A stretch of DNA of 64,000 bases from Gammaproteobacteria bacterium (GTDB lineage Bacteria > Pseudomonadota > Gammaproteobacteria > JABABF01), in the NCBI GenBank assembly GCA_965237805.1, contig OZ250153.1, forward strand, positions 1,024,001 through 1,088,000, given 5' to 3'. Positions 40,601 to 53,019 of the stretch are shown here, piece by piece (position 1 is the first letter of the stretch; every line of letters begins with the position of its first letter). Below the pieces are notes generated by a model. It saw only the letters and a program-made list of their open reading frames with translations, made no database searches and was not told the origin of the DNA. The position numbers and the translations under genes are program-made.

Positions 40601-41107
40601 ATGACCGTTCGCACCATCCTCTCTTTTCCAGATGCGCGGTTGCGACAACGGGCAGTGCCGGTCGAGCAAGTGGACGACGCAGTCCGCCAGCTGATCGACG
40701 ATCTGCTCGAATCGATGTACGCCAGTGGCGGCATCGGTCTCGCGGCCACTCAGGTCGATGTGCATCAACGAGTATTGGTGGCCGATATCTCAGAGCAGGG
40801 CTTGGAGCCGATGGCCTTCGTCAACCCCAAGTGGCAACCCGCCCCCGGTGCGGAAATGTGCTTGAACGAAGAGGGTTGTCTGTCGGTGCCAGAGGTGCGC
40901 GCAGAGGTGCAACGGTATAACCGCGTGCAGCTGCAGGCGCTGGATCGCGACGGCCAAGCCGTCGAACTGGAAGCCGAGGACTTGCTCGCCATCTGCCTAC
41001 AGCACGAGACAGATCACTTGGACGGCAAGCTATTCGTCGATTACCTATCCCCGGTCAAGCGGGCTATGATCCGCGACCGGCTACGCAAGCGGCACCGAGC
41101 CGCCTAG
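40601..41107 (+). CDS. def: Peptide deformylase
   Basis: GIGLAATQ, EGCLS, QHETDHLDG. Confidence 0.97.
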   Translation: MTVRTILSFPDARLRQRAVPVEQVDDAVRQLIDDLLESMYASGGIGLAATQVDVHQRVLVADISEQGLEPMAFVNPKWQPAPGAEMCLNEEGCLSVPEVRAEVQRYNRVQLQALDRDGQAVELEAEDLLAICLQHETDHLDGKLFVDYLSPVKRAMIRDRLRKRHRAA

Positions 41108-41140
41108 GCGACGCTTCACCCCGCTCCGCCAAGGGTCATC

Positions 41141-42103
41141 CTGAACACCGTCTTCGCCGGCACTTCCGCGTTCGGCGCGGCACAGCTGCATGCTCTGTCG
41201 CACGAGATGGCCTGCCGGGTGTGCGCCGTCTACACCCAACCCGACCGTCCGGCGGGGCGCGGCCACTCGTTGCGCACCAGTCCGGTCAAGCGCCTCGCGC
41301 TGGAGCTTGATTTGCCTCTGCTACAGCCACACAGCCTGCGCGATGCCGCGACGCTGGCGACGCTCTCCGCCTTGGAGCCGGAGCTGGTGGTGGTCGCTGC
41401 CTACGGCATGTTGCTGCCTGCCTCGTGGCTGGCGCTACCGCGTCACGGTTGCATCAATGTGCACAGCTCTCTGCTGCCGCGCTGGCGCGGGGCGGCACCA
41501 GTGCAGCGCGCCATCGCCAGCGGCGACAGCTATACCGGCATCACCATCATGCAGATGGATAGTGGCTTGGATACCGGCGACATCCTCAGGCAACGCAACT
41601 GCGCCATCGGTGCCGACGAGACAGCGGGCGAGTTGGAGCGGCGACTCGCTGCCTTGGGGGCCGAGGCTTTGGTCGAAGTGGTGTGCAACTTGGCAGAGGG
41701 GTCGCCGCTGGTGCCGCAGGCGCAAGATGCCCGCCTCAGCTGCCCCGCCCCCAAAATCAGCGTGGCGGAGGCGTGGCTGGACTGGACGCGACCGGCAACA
41801 GAGCTGTCCTGCCAAGTTCGGGCAATGAACCCGGTGCCGGGAGCCCGCTTGCGCACCGGAGAGCAGCAGCTCAAGTTGTGGCGGGCAGAAGCGCTACCAG
41901 AAGAAGCCACCGAGCTACCATCCGGCACCGTGCTGGGTACCGCTGATAGCAGGCGCATCGAGATCGCCTGCGGGCGGGGAGGGCGGCTACGGCTGTTGCA
42001 ACTACAACTGCCCGGTAAGCGTGCGCTGGACGCTGCGGATTTTCTCAACGGCCACGCCCAGCTGCTCCGCCCCGGCCTGCAGCTCGACAGCGGCACTCCA
42101 TGA
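41141..42103 (+). CDS. fmt: Methionyl-tRNA formyltransferase (probable CTG start)
   Basis: VFAGTSAF upstream of the first ATG (41207); TQPDRPAGRG, INVHSSLLPRWRGAAP, MDSGLDTG. Confidence 0.95.
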   Translation: MNTVFAGTSAFGAAQLHALSHEMACRVCAVYTQPDRPAGRGHSLRTSPVKRLALELDLPLLQPHSLRDAATLATLSALEPELVVVAAYGMLLPASWLALPRHGCINVHSSLLPRWRGAAPVQRAIASGDSYTGITIMQMDSGLDTGDILRQRNCAIGADETAGELERRLAALGAEALVEVVCNLAEGSPLVPQAQDARLSCPAPKISVAEAWLDWTRPATELSCQVRAMNPVPGARLRTGEQQLKLWRAEALPEEATELPSGTVLGTADSRRIEIACGRGGRLRLLQLQLPGKRALDAADFLNGHAQLLRPGLQLDSGTP

Positions 42104-43410
42104 AAGAGGCGCAGGTGGCAGCGGCGATGGCAGTCAGCGATGTGTTGCACCGCGGCATGTCGCTGGATCGGGCACTGGACGCGCGAATGACGGCGCTGCC
42201 CCATAGGCAACACGCCCTGTTGCGCGAGCTGAGCCGCGGCGCGCTGCGCTGGCAGCCCTATCTGCTGGCGATGCTGAAGCGACTGCTGCGTCGACCGCTG
42301 GCGCAACAGGAGCCACGCATCGTCGCCCTGTTATTGGTCGCCAGCTACCAGCTCGATCACTCCAAGCTGCCGCACTACGCGGTGGTGCAACAGGCGGTGG
42401 AGGCCTGCCTGCTGTTGGGACAGAGTTGGGCCAAGTCCATGGTCAACGGCGTGCTGCGCAGCTGGCTACGCCGCGGCGATGCCCTGCGCGGCCAGCTGAG
42501 CTGGCATGAGCGCGACGCGCTGCCCGCCTGGCTGGCCCGGCAGCTGCGCGCCGAGTGGCCATCGCACTACGCGACCATCGCCGAGGCGGCTCAACAACGC
42601 CCACCGCTGGCTTTGCGCGTCAACCGGCTACGCTGTGAACGCCAAGAGTATATGGCACAATTGCAAGATGCGGGCATCGCCTGCCGTCCCTGTGCACTGT
42701 CTCCGTCGGGAATTTGGCTACAAGAGGCGCGACCGCCAATGCAATTGCCGGGCTTCGACGATGGGCTGTTTTGCATACAGGACGAATCGGCACAGCTGGC
42801 GGTACCGTTGCTGCCCGTGCAGGATAGCGCACGGGTGCTTGATGTCTGCGCCGCGCCGGGCGGGAAATCCACCCATCTGCTAGAACTGGCACCACAAATG
42901 GATCAATTGACCATGCTGGATATCAATGAGGATCGCCTGCAGAAGCTGCGGCAAAACTTAAACCGACTCGGCCTGCCAACCAGCGACACGGCCGTGCGCC
43001 TAGTCGCTGGCGACGCCACCCATCCTGAAGACTGGTGGGATCAACAACCCTACGACCATATACTGCTGGATGTGCCCTGCTCAGGCACTGGCGTGATGCG
43101 CCGCCATCCAGACATCAAGTGCTTGCGTCGCGCCGACGACATCGCTCGCTTCGCCACCCTGCAACAGCAGCTACTACACGCACTGTGGCCCTGCCTGCGC
43201 CTAGGCGGTCAATTGCTCTATGTCAGCTGCTCGCTTCTGGAGGAAGAAAACAGCGCGGTGATACGGCGCTTCCTCGCGCAAGAGCCGACGGCGCAAGCCT
43301 GCGAGTTGGCCGTGGACTGGGGCGAGGATCGCGCACCGGGGCGAGCCATCGCGCCGACTCCAACGGGCGGCGACGGCTTTTTCTTCGCCGCATTGCGGCA
43401 TTGGCACTAA
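42100..43410 (+). CDS. rsmB: 16S rRNA m5C967 methyltransferase
   Basis: NusB-like N-terminus, IQDESAQ, DVCAAPGGKS, LDVPCSGTGVMRRHPDIK, DGFFFA. Confidence 0.96.
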   Translation: MKEAQVAAAMAVSDVLHRGMSLDRALDARMTALPHRQHALLRELSRGALRWQPYLLAMLKRLLRRPLAQQEPRIVALLLVASYQLDHSKLPHYAVVQQAVEACLLLGQSWAKSMVNGVLRSWLRRGDALRGQLSWHERDALPAWLARQLRAEWPSHYATIAEAAQQRPPLALRVNRLRCERQEYMAQLQDAGIACRPCALSPSGIWLQEARPPMQLPGFDDGLFCIQDESAQLAVPLLPVQDSARVLDVCAAPGGKSTHLLELAPQMDQLTMLDINEDRLQKLRQNLNRLGLPTSDTAVRLVAGDATHPEDWWDQQPYDHILLDVPCSGTGVMRRHPDIKCLRRADDIARFATLQQQLLHALWPCLRLGGQLLYVSCSLLEEENSAVIRRFLAQEPTAQACELAVDWGEDRAPGRAIAPTPTGGDGFFFAALRHWH

Positions 43411-43424
43411 ACGACGAGCCCCTC

Positions 43425-44807
43425 ATGCGCATCATCATCATCGGCCTCAACCCTGTGGGCGTCGCGCTGGTTCGCCATCTCGCACGGGAAGAGCAAAACG
43501 ACGTCACTTTGGTGTCCAACGATGCCGAGTCGTTGCGCCAATTGCAGTCGCGGGTCGACATCCGCACCGTACACGGCCTGCCCTCGCATCCTCAAGTGCT
43601 GGAACGCGCCGGGGCCGCGGATGCCGACATCCTGATGGCGGTGACGAACAACGATGAGACCAATATGGCCGCCTGCCAAGTGGCGCACAGCTGTTTTGAC
43701 ACACCGACCAAGATTTGCCGCATCCGTTCGCGTGCTTATTTGGAAAATCCGAATCTGTTCGCGCGCAGTGCTGGCGGCGTGCCAGTAGATATCCTGATCC
43801 GACCGGAGCAGATGGTCACCAACGCAATCGGTCGACTACTCCAGCTGCCCGGAGCCTTACAAGTGCTGGATTTCGCCGAGGGGCGGGTGCAGCTAGTCGC
43901 CGTATCTGTCACCGAGGATGCCCCCATCGCTGGCCATCAAATCGGCGAGCTACCCAATCGCATGCCGGGTGTCGAATGCCGTGTAGCGGCGATCTACCGC
44001 CAAAACCATCCACCGTTAATCCCGCACGGAGACACCACGATAGAAATCGGAGACGAGGTGTTTTTTATCGCCGAGAAGCCCAATATCCCCGAAGTGATGC
44101 GCTGCATCAGGCCGATGGATCCAGGCTACAGCAACATCGTCGTCGCCGGTGGCGGCCAAGTGGGCGAACGGCTGATCACCGATATCGAAGCGAACCATCA
44201 TGTCCGCGTCATCGAACAATCAATGGAGCGATGTACCTATCTTTCCGAAGAGCTCAATCGCACCATCGTGTTGCACGGTAATGCGGCCGACAGCGAATTT
44301 CTTCACGACATTGAGATCCAACGCGCCGATGCCTTCTGCGCGCTGACCAATGACGATGCCGCCAACATCATGTCTGCGTTGCTAGCTAAAAACCTCGGTG
44401 TGCGCAAAGTCATCGCACTGGTCAACGACGATGCCTACACAGATCTCGTGCACGGTGGCATGATTGACATCGCGCTGTCGGCGCAGCAATTTACGATCAG
44501 CGAAATATTAGCGCAGGTGCGACAGGGGGATTTCTTGATAGAGCACTCGTTGCGCCGTGGAGCGGCTGAGGCGATCGAACTGGTCGTGCACGGCGATCGG
44601 CGCAGCTCACAAGTCATCGGACGACCACTGGGCGATATCAATCTGACCGGCATGACCATCGGTGCGCTGGTGCGTGGCCAAGAGGTGCTGATCGCGCACA
44701 GCCATACGGTGATCGAAGCCCGCGACCATATCATCTTATTTGTCGTCGACAAAAAATGTATCCCGGAAGTTGAACGCTTGTTCCAAGCGGGCACCAACTT
44801 CTTTTAA
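43425..44807 (+). CDS. trkA: Trk potassium uptake regulatory subunit
   Basis: Two RCK domains, DETNMAACQVA, PGALQVLDFA, GGGQVG, SLRRGAAEAIE. Confidence 0.95.
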   Translation: MRIIIIGLNPVGVALVRHLAREEQNDVTLVSNDAESLRQLQSRVDIRTVHGLPSHPQVLERAGAADADILMAVTNNDETNMAACQVAHSCFDTPTKICRIRSRAYLENPNLFARSAGGVPVDILIRPEQMVTNAIGRLLQLPGALQVLDFAEGRVQLVAVSVTEDAPIAGHQIGELPNRMPGVECRVAAIYRQNHPPLIPHGDTTIEIGDEVFFIAEKPNIPEVMRCIRPMDPGYSNIVVAGGGQVGERLITDIEANHHVRVIEQSMERCTYLSEELNRTIVLHGNAADSEFLHDIEIQRADAFCALTNDDAANIMSALLAKNLGVRKVIALVNDDAYTDLVHGGMIDIALSAQQFTISEILAQVRQGDFLIEHSLRRGAAEAIELVVHGDRRSSQVIGRPLGDINLTGMTIGALVRGQEVLIAHSHTVIEARDHIILFVVDKKCIPEVERLFQAGTNFF

Positions 44808-44837
44808 GCACTGCGATCCAACCGCACGAGCAACGCT

Positions 44838-46295
44838 GTGCACATTTGGCTCGTCGCCCACCACTTCGGTGTGTTGTTGCTACTGTTCAGCTCGGTCTTT
44901 GTGCCGCCCATGCTGTTCGGTATCTGGGAGAGTGGCAATGCATGGCAAAGTTTTGCCACCGCAGGCACCGTCGTTTTCGGTGTCGGACTCGCATTGTGGC
45001 TAAGTACCAGAAGGCTGATCCGCACTAATGTCTACCTGAGCCTGCGGGACAGTTTCCTGCTCACCGTTTTGTTCTGGATTGGGCTCAGCTGCTTCGGCGC
45101 ATTACCATTTATTTTATTAGTAGATTTACAGCTATCCATCACCGATGCCGTTTTTGAATCCTTATCCGGCCTGACAACAACCGGTGCCACCGTGATTGTC
45201 GGTCTGGATCTGTTGCCGCGCTCAATATTGTTCTACCGCAACCTGCTACAGTGGATTGGCGGCATCGGCTTGGTCGTCATCGCCGTCGCGATCCTGCCGC
45301 TACTAAAAATCGGCGGCATGCAGATGTACCGCACCGAAGTACCCGGCCCCACCAAGGATGCCAAACTGACTCCGCGCATTGCCGACACCGCTAAATTCCT
45401 GTTCCTGATTTACTGTGTCTTCACTTTTTTGTGTGCCATCGCCTACCGAATTTGCGGCATGAGCTGGTTCGATGCAGTCTGCCACGCCTTCTCGACCATC
45501 TCCATCGGCGGCTTCTCCACCCACGATGCCAGCTTTGGCTATTTTGACAACCCTCTAATCCTGCTGGTTGGATGTTTCTTCATGGTCGTGGCTGGCATCA
45601 ACTTCTCATTGCATTTCTTCGCATGGAAAAGGAAACGTATAACACGCTATTTGAGTGATATGGAATGTATGACCTTCCTTGGGATTTTGTTGGCCATCGC
45701 CACCATTACCATGACGACGCTGTACTTCCGCAATGTGTTGCCATTGGACAGCAGCATTTTGCACGGTCTGTTTAATTCGATCTCACTGGCTACGACTACA
45801 GGTTTCACCAGCACTCCGATGGCTGGCTGGCCAAATTTCCTGCCAATTTTCTTGCTGATGATGGCCTCCATCGGCGCTTGCTCCGGTTCGACCGGTGGCG
45901 GTATCAAAGTGATCCGCGTACAAATTTTGTTGTTGTTCGCTCTGCGCGAGCTGCGTCAGCTGTTGCACCCCGGATCGGTCTGGGGGCTCACGGTGGGGCG
46001 CCATCCGATCTCCACCCGTATGGCTTTTGGCACATTGAGCTTCTTTGCGGTCTACGCGCTGGCATTCCTTGCCTTATTACTCGCCTTATTGGTCACCGAC
46101 ATGGATTTCTCTTCCAGCGTTTTTGCGGTGATCGCCACCTTAAATAACTTGGGGCCTGGCTGGGGTGTGGTTGCTGAAAATTATCGGGAAATTGACAACG
46201 TGCATAAATGGGTGCTGTGCTTAAGCATGCTCTTAGGGCGTCTGGAGGTATTCACTCTGCTGGTCATTTTAATGCCGGGATTTTGGCGGCGTTGA
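44838..46295 (+). CDS. trkH: Trk potassium uptake membrane subunit
   Basis: FESLSGLTTTGAT, QWIGGIG, GGFSTH, GSTGGGIK, LNNLGPG, LLGRLE. Confidence 0.96.
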   Translation: MHIWLVAHHFGVLLLLFSSVFVPPMLFGIWESGNAWQSFATAGTVVFGVGLALWLSTRRLIRTNVYLSLRDSFLLTVLFWIGLSCFGALPFILLVDLQLSITDAVFESLSGLTTTGATVIVGLDLLPRSILFYRNLLQWIGGIGLVVIAVAILPLLKIGGMQMYRTEVPGPTKDAKLTPRIADTAKFLFLIYCVFTFLCAIAYRICGMSWFDAVCHAFSTISIGGFSTHDASFGYFDNPLILLVGCFFMVVAGINFSLHFFAWKRKRITRYLSDMECMTFLGILLAIATITMTTLYFRNVLPLDSSILHGLFNSISLATTTGFTSTPMAGWPNFLPIFLLMMASIGACSGSTGGGIKVIRVQILLLFALRELRQLLHPGSVWGLTVGRHPISTRMAFGTLSFFAVYALAFLALLLALLVTDMDFSSSVFAVIATLNNLGPGWGVVAENYREIDNVHKWVLCLSMLLGRLEVFTLLVILMPGFWRR

Positions 46296-46438
46296 ATGGC
46301 GTTGCCAAGGCTCAGCATCGTCATTTGCAACTTTAAATCACGGCGGCATTGCGCTTGGGCATGTGTTTAGCGAAGTGAAGGCGGCTCCCCTTGTTATAAT
46401 ACGGGCTTGATCACCAGATCGACAGTAGCGTGTTGAAA

Positions 46439-49400
46439 ATGACTGGGTCACCACAGACTTTTCAAGCGCTGATCGCCTCTCTGCAAGATTTTTGGGCACG
46501 ACAAGGCTGTTGTCTGTTACAGCCTTTCGACATGGAAATGGGGGCCGGCACTTTCCATCCGGCCACTTTTTTGCGAGCACTGGGGCCCGAGCCTTGGCGG
46601 ACAGCCTATGTGCAGGGCTGCCGACGGCCCACCGATGGCCGCTACGGTGCCAATCCAAACCGGCTCCAACACTACTATCAATATCAAGTGCTGCTCAAGC
46701 CAGCGCCAGCGGATATCCAATCGCTCTACCTGCAATCGCTCAGCGCCATCGGCTTGGATCTGCGCCGACACGATGTGCGCTTCGTCGAGGACAACTGGGA
46801 GTCGCCGACACTGGGGGCGTGGGGGCTGGGTTGGGAAGTATGGCTCAACGGCATGGAAATCACCCAGTTCACCTATTTTCAACAGGTGGGCGGGATCGCC
46901 TGCAGCCCGGTCAGCGGCGAGATCAGCTATGGCCTCGAGCGGCTGGCCATGTACTTGCAGGACAAAGACAGCGTCTACGAGCTGTTGTGGAGTGACGGTG
47001 CCGCCGCCAGTGGGCAGGCTGTCCGCTATGGCGAGCTATTCCAGCGCAACGAGCGGGAATTATCGCGCTACAACTTCGAGGAGTCTGATCCCAAAGCGCT
47101 GGTCGCGGCCTTCGACCAGGCCCGATCGGCCTGCCAAGCGCTGGTTGAGCGCGAGCTGCCTGTGCCTGCATACGAGCAGGTACTACGCGCCTCGCATTGC
47201 TTCAATCTACTGGAGGCCCGCGGCACACTCAGCGTCGGCGAACGCCAACGCTACATGCTCAACGTGCGCCAACTGGCGCAAGCGGTTGCACAGTGCTGGT
47301 GCGGCGACGCAGCAACTGAGCAAGCGACGCCAAGCCGCGCTCGCAGCAAGTTGTCTACCGCGCCCAAGCACAGCGCAACCACCGACTTGGCCACCGGTCC
47401 GCACTGCTGTTTAGTGGAATTGGGTTGCGAGGAGCTGCCAGCGCTACAACTGAGGGCAATCAGCGAGGCCTTTGCGGTATCCATGGCCAGCAGTTTGTGT
47501 GAGCTGGGTGTTGGATGCCAAAAAATTGAGCGATTTGCCACGCCACGACGACTCGGCTTGCTGTTGCATGGCCTGCCGGAGCGGGTGCCCCGGCGGGAGA
47601 TTCTGGGGCCACCCGCAGAGCAGCTCCGAGGCGTGGATGGGGAGCCCCTGCCAGCGGCACTCGGCTTCGCACGCAAAAACGCTCGATCCGTTGAAGAGCT
47701 GGTGTTGCGCGACACAGCAAAAGGTAAGCGCCTAGCCCTGCCCGCACCCGGCAGCGAAGAGGAGCTGAGCGAAGTCCTGTGTCAGCGCGTGGAGAACGCT
47801 TTGCTGTGCATGGCGCGTGATTATCCGATCCGCAGCATGCGATGGGATGTTGGGACGGACGATGCCGAGGAATACAGTTTCTCTCGACCTGTGCGGTGGG
47901 CCCTGCTGATGCTGGATGATAAGCCGCTGACAGCTCGCCTGTTCGGCCTCAACGTGGAGCCTCAGAGCTATGGCCACCGCGTGCACGCTCCCAAGCCATT
48001 GCGCTTGAAACGAGCCTCGGACTACGCCAAGACACTCAGAGATGATGGCTATGTGATAGCGGATTTTGACGCAAGGATTGAAGAAATTAGGCACCAAATC
48101 GAGGAAATTACCGTCTCATTTGATACCGCTGCCGAAGCCCGTTTGGAGCGGGATGATGCCGCCCGCCAACTGCTGGAGGAAGTGGCAGCGATCTGCGAGT
48201 GGCCAATGGCTCAACTGTGCCAATTCGAGCCGCGTTTCCTCGACATGCCAGCAGAGCTGCTCCGCATCGTACTGCAGAAGCAGCAACGCTATTTCCCACT
48301 GTGGCACCGGGACAGCGGCGAATTCCTGCCTCAGTTTGTTGTCATCGGCAACTTGGACAGCAACGCCCCAGAGGAAATCGTGGCCGGCAACGAACGGGTG
48401 GTGCGGGCGCGTTTGGAGGACGCGCTGTTCTTCTACCAGAACGACCTGAAAGTCGCGCTCGAACAGCGCCGAGAAGGGCTCAGGGCTCGCGTCTTCCAAG
48501 AGGGCTTGGGCAGCCTGTACGACAAGACCCAAAGGCTGGAATCGCTGGTGGAGCAATTGATGCAACTGGCGGGACAAGAGGGGCCGGAGATTGCGGTGGC
48601 CCAGCGTGCTGCGCGTCTGTGCAAATCGGACTTGGACACCGAGCTGGTGCGTGAATTCCCCGAGCTGCAAGGCATTATCGGTGCCCACTTGCTCGCCCGC
48701 CATACTCTGACTATGGACAATCCAGATAATCAGGTACTAGAAAGCGCAAAGGCCATCCGCGAGCATTACCGATCCCCTTTCTCCGGCACGGTCGTCGGCA
48801 GCTCCTGCGCCAGCCAAGCATTGGCCATTGCCGATCGGCTCGACAGCTTGGTTGGCCATTTTGCCAAGGGCAATCGGCCGAGCGGAAGTGGCGACCCCTT
48901 TGCTTTGCGGCCTGCGGCGTTGGGTGTGCTGGCCAATCTGCTGGCGGACGCCGACTTGGCAGCTAGCCCAGACACACCGCCACCCCGCTGGGCAGAGCTG
49001 GAAATCATGCGCATCTCGACAATTTGTGCCAAGGGCTTTGAAAACAAAATATTCGAAGCTCGCGTCGAGTCAGGGGGCGATGATAGCTGCAGCCATGCCC
49101 TGCCCCTGGTCGAGTTCTTTATAGAGCGCCTGCGCTCTTTCTGTCGCCAAGAGCTCCAAATCGGCTCCGAGTGCTTCAACGCGATCTTGGCCTCCCCGCT
49201 ACACCGCCCCCACATTTACCCAGTGGCCTTTGTCTGCTGCTCAGGTCGCTTGAGCCGCTTCTTAGCAGATCATACCGAGCAGGCAAAAGCAATGGTGGCG
49301 GCGTGGAAACGTGCCACCAAACTGCTCCGCAAGGGGGCGCCACAGCCACTGGGCAAAGAAGCCGCAGACGGCGCGGGCCCCGGTGCGCAGCATTTGCTTG

Positions 49401-49660
49401 ATGCCGTATTGCAATTCCGCAGCGCCCACCCCGTAGCGCCAGGGATTGCGGAGGGCGGGGCCGCAGCCTGGCGCTGGAGCTGCTTGCTGGATCAACGTTT
49501 GGTAGCTCTCGGCGAATTGGCCACTCCGCTGGCCGATTTTATGGACCATACCTTGGTACTCGCTGAGGCTCCCGGCGAGCGTGCAGCCAACCTCTACGCC
49601 CTGCAACAGTTGGAAGGACTGTTCTCCGAAGTGGCCGATTTCTCCCAGCTGAGCCTCTGA
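46439..49660 (+). CDS. glyQS: Glycine--tRNA ligase, fused alpha and beta subunits
   Basis: GlyQ motifs ([41 protein letters not shown]) in frame via an ~34-aa linker with GlyS motifs ([49 protein letters not shown]). Confidence 0.93.
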   Translation: MTGSPQTFQALIASLQDFWARQGCCLLQPFDMEMGAGTFHPATFLRALGPEPWRTAYVQGCRRPTDGRYGANPNRLQHYYQYQVLLKPAPADIQSLYLQSLSAIGLDLRRHDVRFVEDNWESPTLGAWGLGWEVWLNGMEITQFTYFQQVGGIACSPVSGEISYGLERLAMYLQDKDSVYELLWSDGAAASGQAVRYGELFQRNERELSRYNFEESDPKALVAAFDQARSACQALVERELPVPAYEQVLRASHCFNLLEARGTLSVGERQRYMLNVRQLAQAVAQCWCGDAATEQATPSRARSKLSTAPKHSATTDLATGPHCCLVELGCEELPALQLRAISEAFAVSMASSLCELGVGCQKIERFATPRRLGLLLHGLPERVPRREILGPPAEQLRGVDGEPLPAALGFARKNARSVEELVLRDTAKGKRLALPAPGSEEELSEVLCQRVENALLCMARDYPIRSMRWDVGTDDAEEYSFSRPVRWALLMLDDKPLTARLFGLNVEPQSYGHRVHAPKPLRLKRASDYAKTLRDDGYVIADFDARIEEIRHQIEEITVSFDTAAEARLERDDAARQLLEEVAAICEWPMAQLCQFEPRFLDMPAELLRIVLQKQQRYFPLWHRDSGEFLPQFVVIGNLDSNAPEEIVAGNERVVRARLEDALFFYQNDLKVALEQRREGLRARVFQEGLGSLYDKTQRLESLVEQLMQLAGQEGPEIAVAQRAARLCKSDLDTELVREFPELQGIIGAHLLARHTLTMDNPDNQVLESAKAIREHYRSPFSGTVVGSSCASQALAIADRLDSLVGHFAKGNRPSGSGDPFALRPAALGVLANLLADADLAASPDTPPPRWAELEIMRISTICAKGFENKIFEARVESGGDDSCSHALPLVEFFIERLRSFCRQELQIGSECFNAILASPLHRPHIYPVAFVCCSGRLSRFLADHTEQAKAMVAAWKRATKLLRKGAPQPLGKEAADGAGPGAQHLLDAVLQFRSAHPVAPGIAEGGAAAWRWSCLLDQRLVALGELATPLADFMDHTLVLAEAPGERAANLYALQQLEGLFSEVADFSQLSL

Positions 49661-49703
49661 GCACGGCACCGCCCACGTCTAGCGACCAAGGCACGCACTT
49701 GAG

Positions 49704-50447
49704 ATGCAAGAATTCCCCTCTCCAATAATCGTGCTGCGCAGCACCGCCTTCTATGTTGCGGCGACTGCTATCACCCTGCCTTGGTTGCCCTTACTGCCAG
49801 CCTGTCTGCTATTGCCTATAGACCACCGACAACGCTTCATGGAGAGCCTTTGGAGCAATGCCCTCTTGGTCGTATTGCGCATCTGTTGCGGCATCCGGCT
49901 ACGGGTGGAGGGACTGGAACACCTGACACGCAACAGCTGCGTCATCATGTGCAATCACCAAAGCCCCCTTGAGACGCTACTGCATATGCACTTCGCCCCG
50001 GGGCATATTATCGCCGTGTTGCTAAAACAGGAGTTGCTCAACATCCCGGTCTTTGGTTGGGCCCTGCGGATAATACACACCGTCGCAATCGACCGCTCCG
50101 AAAAGCGCAAAGCCCTTGAAGATTTGTTGCGCCAAGGGCAACAACACTTGCGGGAGGGGCGGGATATATTGGTGTTCCCCGGCGGCACCCGCTCACCCTA
50201 TGGCCAAAAAGAGCGCTATCTCTTGGGGGGCTTTCGCCTCGCCGAGCAGAGCGGCGTGGCGATACAGCCCATCGCACACAATGCCGGACGCTACTGGCGC
50301 GGCTTTTTTAAGTATCCCGGCGAGGTGCGCGTGCAGATCTGCCCGCCGATCGCACCCCAAGGCAATGCCAATGTGTTGCGCGCTCTAGTCAAAGCACAGA
50401 TTGAGGCGGCGCAGGAAGATTTGGCGCGACTTGAGGCCAGCACCTGA
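49704..50447 (+). CDS. plsC: 1-acyl-sn-glycerol-3-phosphate acyltransferase
   Basis: NHQS, LKQELL.IPVFGW, IDR, FPGGTR. Confidence 0.9.
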   Translation: MQEFPSPIIVLRSTAFYVAATAITLPWLPLLPACLLLPIDHRQRFMESLWSNALLVVLRICCGIRLRVEGLEHLTRNSCVIMCNHQSPLETLLHMHFAPGHIIAVLLKQELLNIPVFGWALRIIHTVAIDRSEKRKALEDLLRQGQQHLREGRDILVFPGGTRSPYGQKERYLLGGFRLAEQSGVAIQPIAHNAGRYWRGFFKYPGEVRVQICPPIAPQGNANVLRALVKAQIEAAQEDLARLEAST

Positions 50448-50524
50448 GCCAACGCCAGCCACCATCACTCTAGGGCACGCAATGCTGTGGGGTGCGCCTG
50501 CTCGCCCCGGGCCAGAACCCCCTA

Positions 50525-50540
50525 TGTTTCACGTGAAACA
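50525..50540. promoter_or_regulatory. parS centromere site
   Basis: Perfect palindrome TGTTTCACGTGAAACA between convergent plsC and gyrB, about 11 kb from oriC. Confidence 0.93.
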
Positions 50541-50556
50541 GGGGTGACAGGCCGCC

Positions 50557-53016
<2,460 letters not shown>

Positions 53017-53019
53017 CTA

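Noticed and set aside
41103-41108. def TAG as a recent CCAGG>CTAGG mutation splitting an ancestral def-fmt fusion
   Set aside because: Def is already of normal length (168 aa), so an ordinary stop is the simpler explanation
43035-43424. Apparent long N-terminal extensions on TrkA, and likewise HisD, MgtE and PBP1A
   Set aside because: They overlap neighbouring genes in other frames; downstream starts match family N-termini
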